Below, piece after piece: positions 46,646-49,123 of a stretch of DNA of 49,123 bases. The number at the start of each line of letters is the position of its first letter. Within the stretch, counting starts at the first letter, position 1. The notes beneath the pieces are model-generated. The model was not told the origin of the DNA and searched no databases. It saw only the letters and a list, made by a program, of their open reading frames with translations. A program made the position numbers and the translations under genes. Source of the DNA: Macrostomum lignano (Eukaryota); the NCBI GenBank assembly GCA_002269645.1, contig NIVC01004353.1:1-49123 (forward strand), written 5' to 3'.

Positions 46646-46871
46646 GTTGGCATTGAATCTTTCAGCATTTAAACTCACATCCTGTTGAGTCTTTCTCGTG
46701 ATTCAGTTAAGTTATACCAACTAATCAATAAGTTCGCAGATATAATTTGAAATTAAATTAAACTCCAAGCGCAGCAGAAATCTGCGAGCTTGGAACTTTG
46801 CGCTCCGTTTATTTTTTCAAAATTAAATTTGTAGCTCAAATTTAAGAGACGTGCAACTGTCGTTTAAACTT

Positions 46872-47855
46872 TTAGGCCTGTGCACCGGCAGCTCCGGCCT
46901 CTTTCTGATCGGCTTTCGTTTCATTCTTGGAATCCTTGGAATCAAATTTAGCGCTGATGTCGGTATCGCGCTGCTCCCGGCCGCCAGGCCTGATTGGGGC
47001 CAGCCAGCACTTGCTGGACTCGTGGTGCGCCATCCTCTGCAGCTTGCACTCGCTCCTAGTGCACCAAGCCTGGGGCGGCTCGCACGAGCAGAGCTCGAAA
47101 TGCCGGCCGGCCACCTGAATGCCCTGGTTCATCGGAATTTTGCAGTTCTGGCAAGCGAAGCAGGATCTGTGATAGATACGGCCGATTGCGGCCACAACGT
47201 ATCTGACTGTACCGGTGGCCGCCTTGCTGCAGACCGGGCAGACCATTTTTTCCAGGCTGCCCTTTGAAGCGTCGTACGGCACCGCCGTCACCAGCGGATT
47301 TCGCTTGTCTGGCAGCCGGGCCATCTGTCGTTCGTAATACGCGCGCCTCAGCTGCCGACGCCCGTCGGCTTTTTCGCGAAACAAGGATCGATCCTTGCGT
47401 CGGTATTCCTGTAGCACATCGGTCGTCGAGGCAGTCGCCGAAGCTGCTGGAGCCGCAGCAGCCGCCGGTGCCGCATTGTTTGCAGAATGGTTGGCGTTTG
47501 CCGGATCAATCAGTCCGTTTGGATCGTCAAATTTGATCCGGAAGGTGGGCTGTCGCGGGTAGCCGAAGTTCACCAGGCAGTCATGACAGAGCACAAGGCC
47601 GTCGATGCACACCAGCCGCTGGGGAGCGCAGGCGTTTGACTTCCGGCAGGAATTGCAATTGGCACAGAAGTAGCACAGCTTGGTGCCATTGGCGATCATC
47701 ACGTGCCAGTCCGTATTCTGGTTAATCAACTCGCCGCATGCACATGAAACACTCACGTTGTTCTTCATGTCCGGATTGTTATTGACGATGCGAACAGAAT
47801 TCTGAAGGCTGTACTCCCGCATGCCCCAGGTGTCCTCTATGCTCTGCTTGTTCAT
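46872..47855 (-). CDS. Intronless LIM-domain protein, 327 aa from MNKQS (one clear LIM plus one atypical N-terminal LIM-like domain)
   Basis: C-terminal CPVC-x19-HRSCFACQNC-x17-CSC. N-terminal CAC...CYFCANCNSC...CHDC. Acceptor TTGTTCCACCCAG 66 nt upstream of ATG and AATAAA at 46813-46808. Confidence 0.85.
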   Translation of the reverse strand: MNKQSIEDTWGMREYSLQNSVRIVNNNPDMKNNVSVSCACGELINQNTDWHVMIANGTKLCYFCANCNSCRKSNACAPQRLVCIDGLVLCHDCLVNFGYPRQPTFRIKFDDPNGLIDPANANHSANNAAPAAAAAPAASATASTTDVLQEYRRKDRSLFREKADGRRQLRRAYYERQMARLPDKRNPLVTAVPYDASKGSLEKMVCPVCSKAATGTVRYVVAAIGRIYHRSCFACQNCKIPMNQGIQVAGRHFELCSCEPPQAWCTRSECKLQRMAHHESSKCWLAPIRPGGREQRDTDISAKFDSKDSKNETKADQKEAGAAGAQA

Positions 47856-49123
47856 TGTCGTGGTGCGCGTCGAATTCGGTGCCCTATGCGCCTTTGTCAG
47901 CCGCTTTTCACAGTTGTTAGCCTGGGTGGAACAAAGCACTAAGCCGCAAATATGAGCCGCGCGATGCACCGCTTTCGATCGTCAATTCTATATGCATGTA
48001 CCAATTTTGCATGTCTATGGCGAAATGCAACCGAAGTCAATTATACCCCATAGACCATTATACTTGGGCCGAAACTATTCGGCTTGTTTGTGAAACTAAG
48101 AAAGCAATTTAAATGTTCAGTGCTGCCGCGGTGTACAAACAAGCATTTGTTATTTTGAGCTCCAAAGCAAAACATGAAGACGCGACGTTGGCGAAAGCGA
48201 AAGCATTAGCGAGACCTCAATCGTATTTTCTATTGAAAGGCTCCTAAAATGAGGATAAAAAAGAAGAAAAAAAGAACTGCGCAAAAACACTGCCTGCTGA
48301 GCAGCGCGGCTGGAAAGAATACCTCCCTGCCGCCGGACGGGTGGCGCCCACCTAGCCAGCACGAAAGAGAACGTACTGGTACACACGCGGCGGGGGCGTA
48401 CAGAAAGAGGGTGCCTGGGCACTAAAGCCGGTTTGCTCAAGGCAAGCCTAGCGCAAACCGCAGCCTTGTCATTGTGCTTTATAATTTGTAGTGGTGCAAA
48501 TGAAATAACCAACGGTTTTTTGTTAGTGAACGATCCAACAGTTTGCTGCATGGTTCCGGAAATGAAATCACTACTTTTGAGCTGCTACTCGTATATGCAT
48601 TGTGCAGCAGCCGAATCGCTAAAAAACTCAAACGGAGAGTTAGAGCGTGAGTCTGATTAGAACAGAAAAATATCATATTATTGTTCAATCTGCAGTGGGC
48701 GGGCACAGGATCTCGGAACTATAAATACCTCCTAGAACTCGGCGAGCTGCCCACGCAATCTCTTCCTCCGATCCTGCCCCGTTCCCCCACTGCGGAAATT
48801 CAGGGAAATTAGCTGCACAGAAAGCAGGAAACGCCGACAGATGCAGCAGTCAGATGGAGCACAGAAGAGAGAGATTGAAGCTCTTGGGAGTTGAGACGGG
48901 AAAATTAAAAAAGGCTGGCAGTGAGAAAAGTAAATAAGCGGACTGAATGATAGGCCATGGACTGCTGTATGCTATAGGCGGTGCGGAGTCTGAGACTCAG
49001 GAACAATATCTTCTATTTCATAGCATCTGTGTCGATTTTACTTTAGTAAGCTTTGATCTTTGTTGCCCCCAGTTCATCTTTGTGCCCCCGGTCTTAAGAA
49101 ACCCATGTTGTATCAGCAGCAGC

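Overview
Animal (invertebrate) genomic DNA. GC-rich, Ala/Gln-rich genes with minisatellite-filled introns resemble a free-living flatworm such as Macrostomum; this is inference and was not verified. Host genes: Mff/Tango11 (+, 2 exons), an unknown two-TM protein (+, 3 exons), DOHH (-, 2 exons), an intronless LIM-domain protein (-) and two intronless orphan ORFs (23.2-24.1 kb, 27.7-28.2 kb). At least nine unrelated tandem-repeat arrays are present, and each large coding-region intron carries its own. The 30.9-45.1 kb region is a nested transposon cluster: a THAP-like remnant, a full-length dead D34D mariner, two hAT-like MITEs, a long-TIR mariner derivative, a complete decayed Ty1/copia element and a young Merlin derivative. 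The two most interesting signals are (1) the Mff intron minisatellite, whose unit is a copy of the intron/exon junction itself and stays in register with the functional 3' splice site, and (2) transposon-restricted C-to-T hypermutation at both CpG and CpA/TpG (RIP-like) next to CpG-rich genes. A ~15 kb strand-biased block (15.5-30.9 kb) is unexplained. No CRISPR, rRNA or tRNA genes were found. All homology calls are motif recognition by eye; no database search was run.
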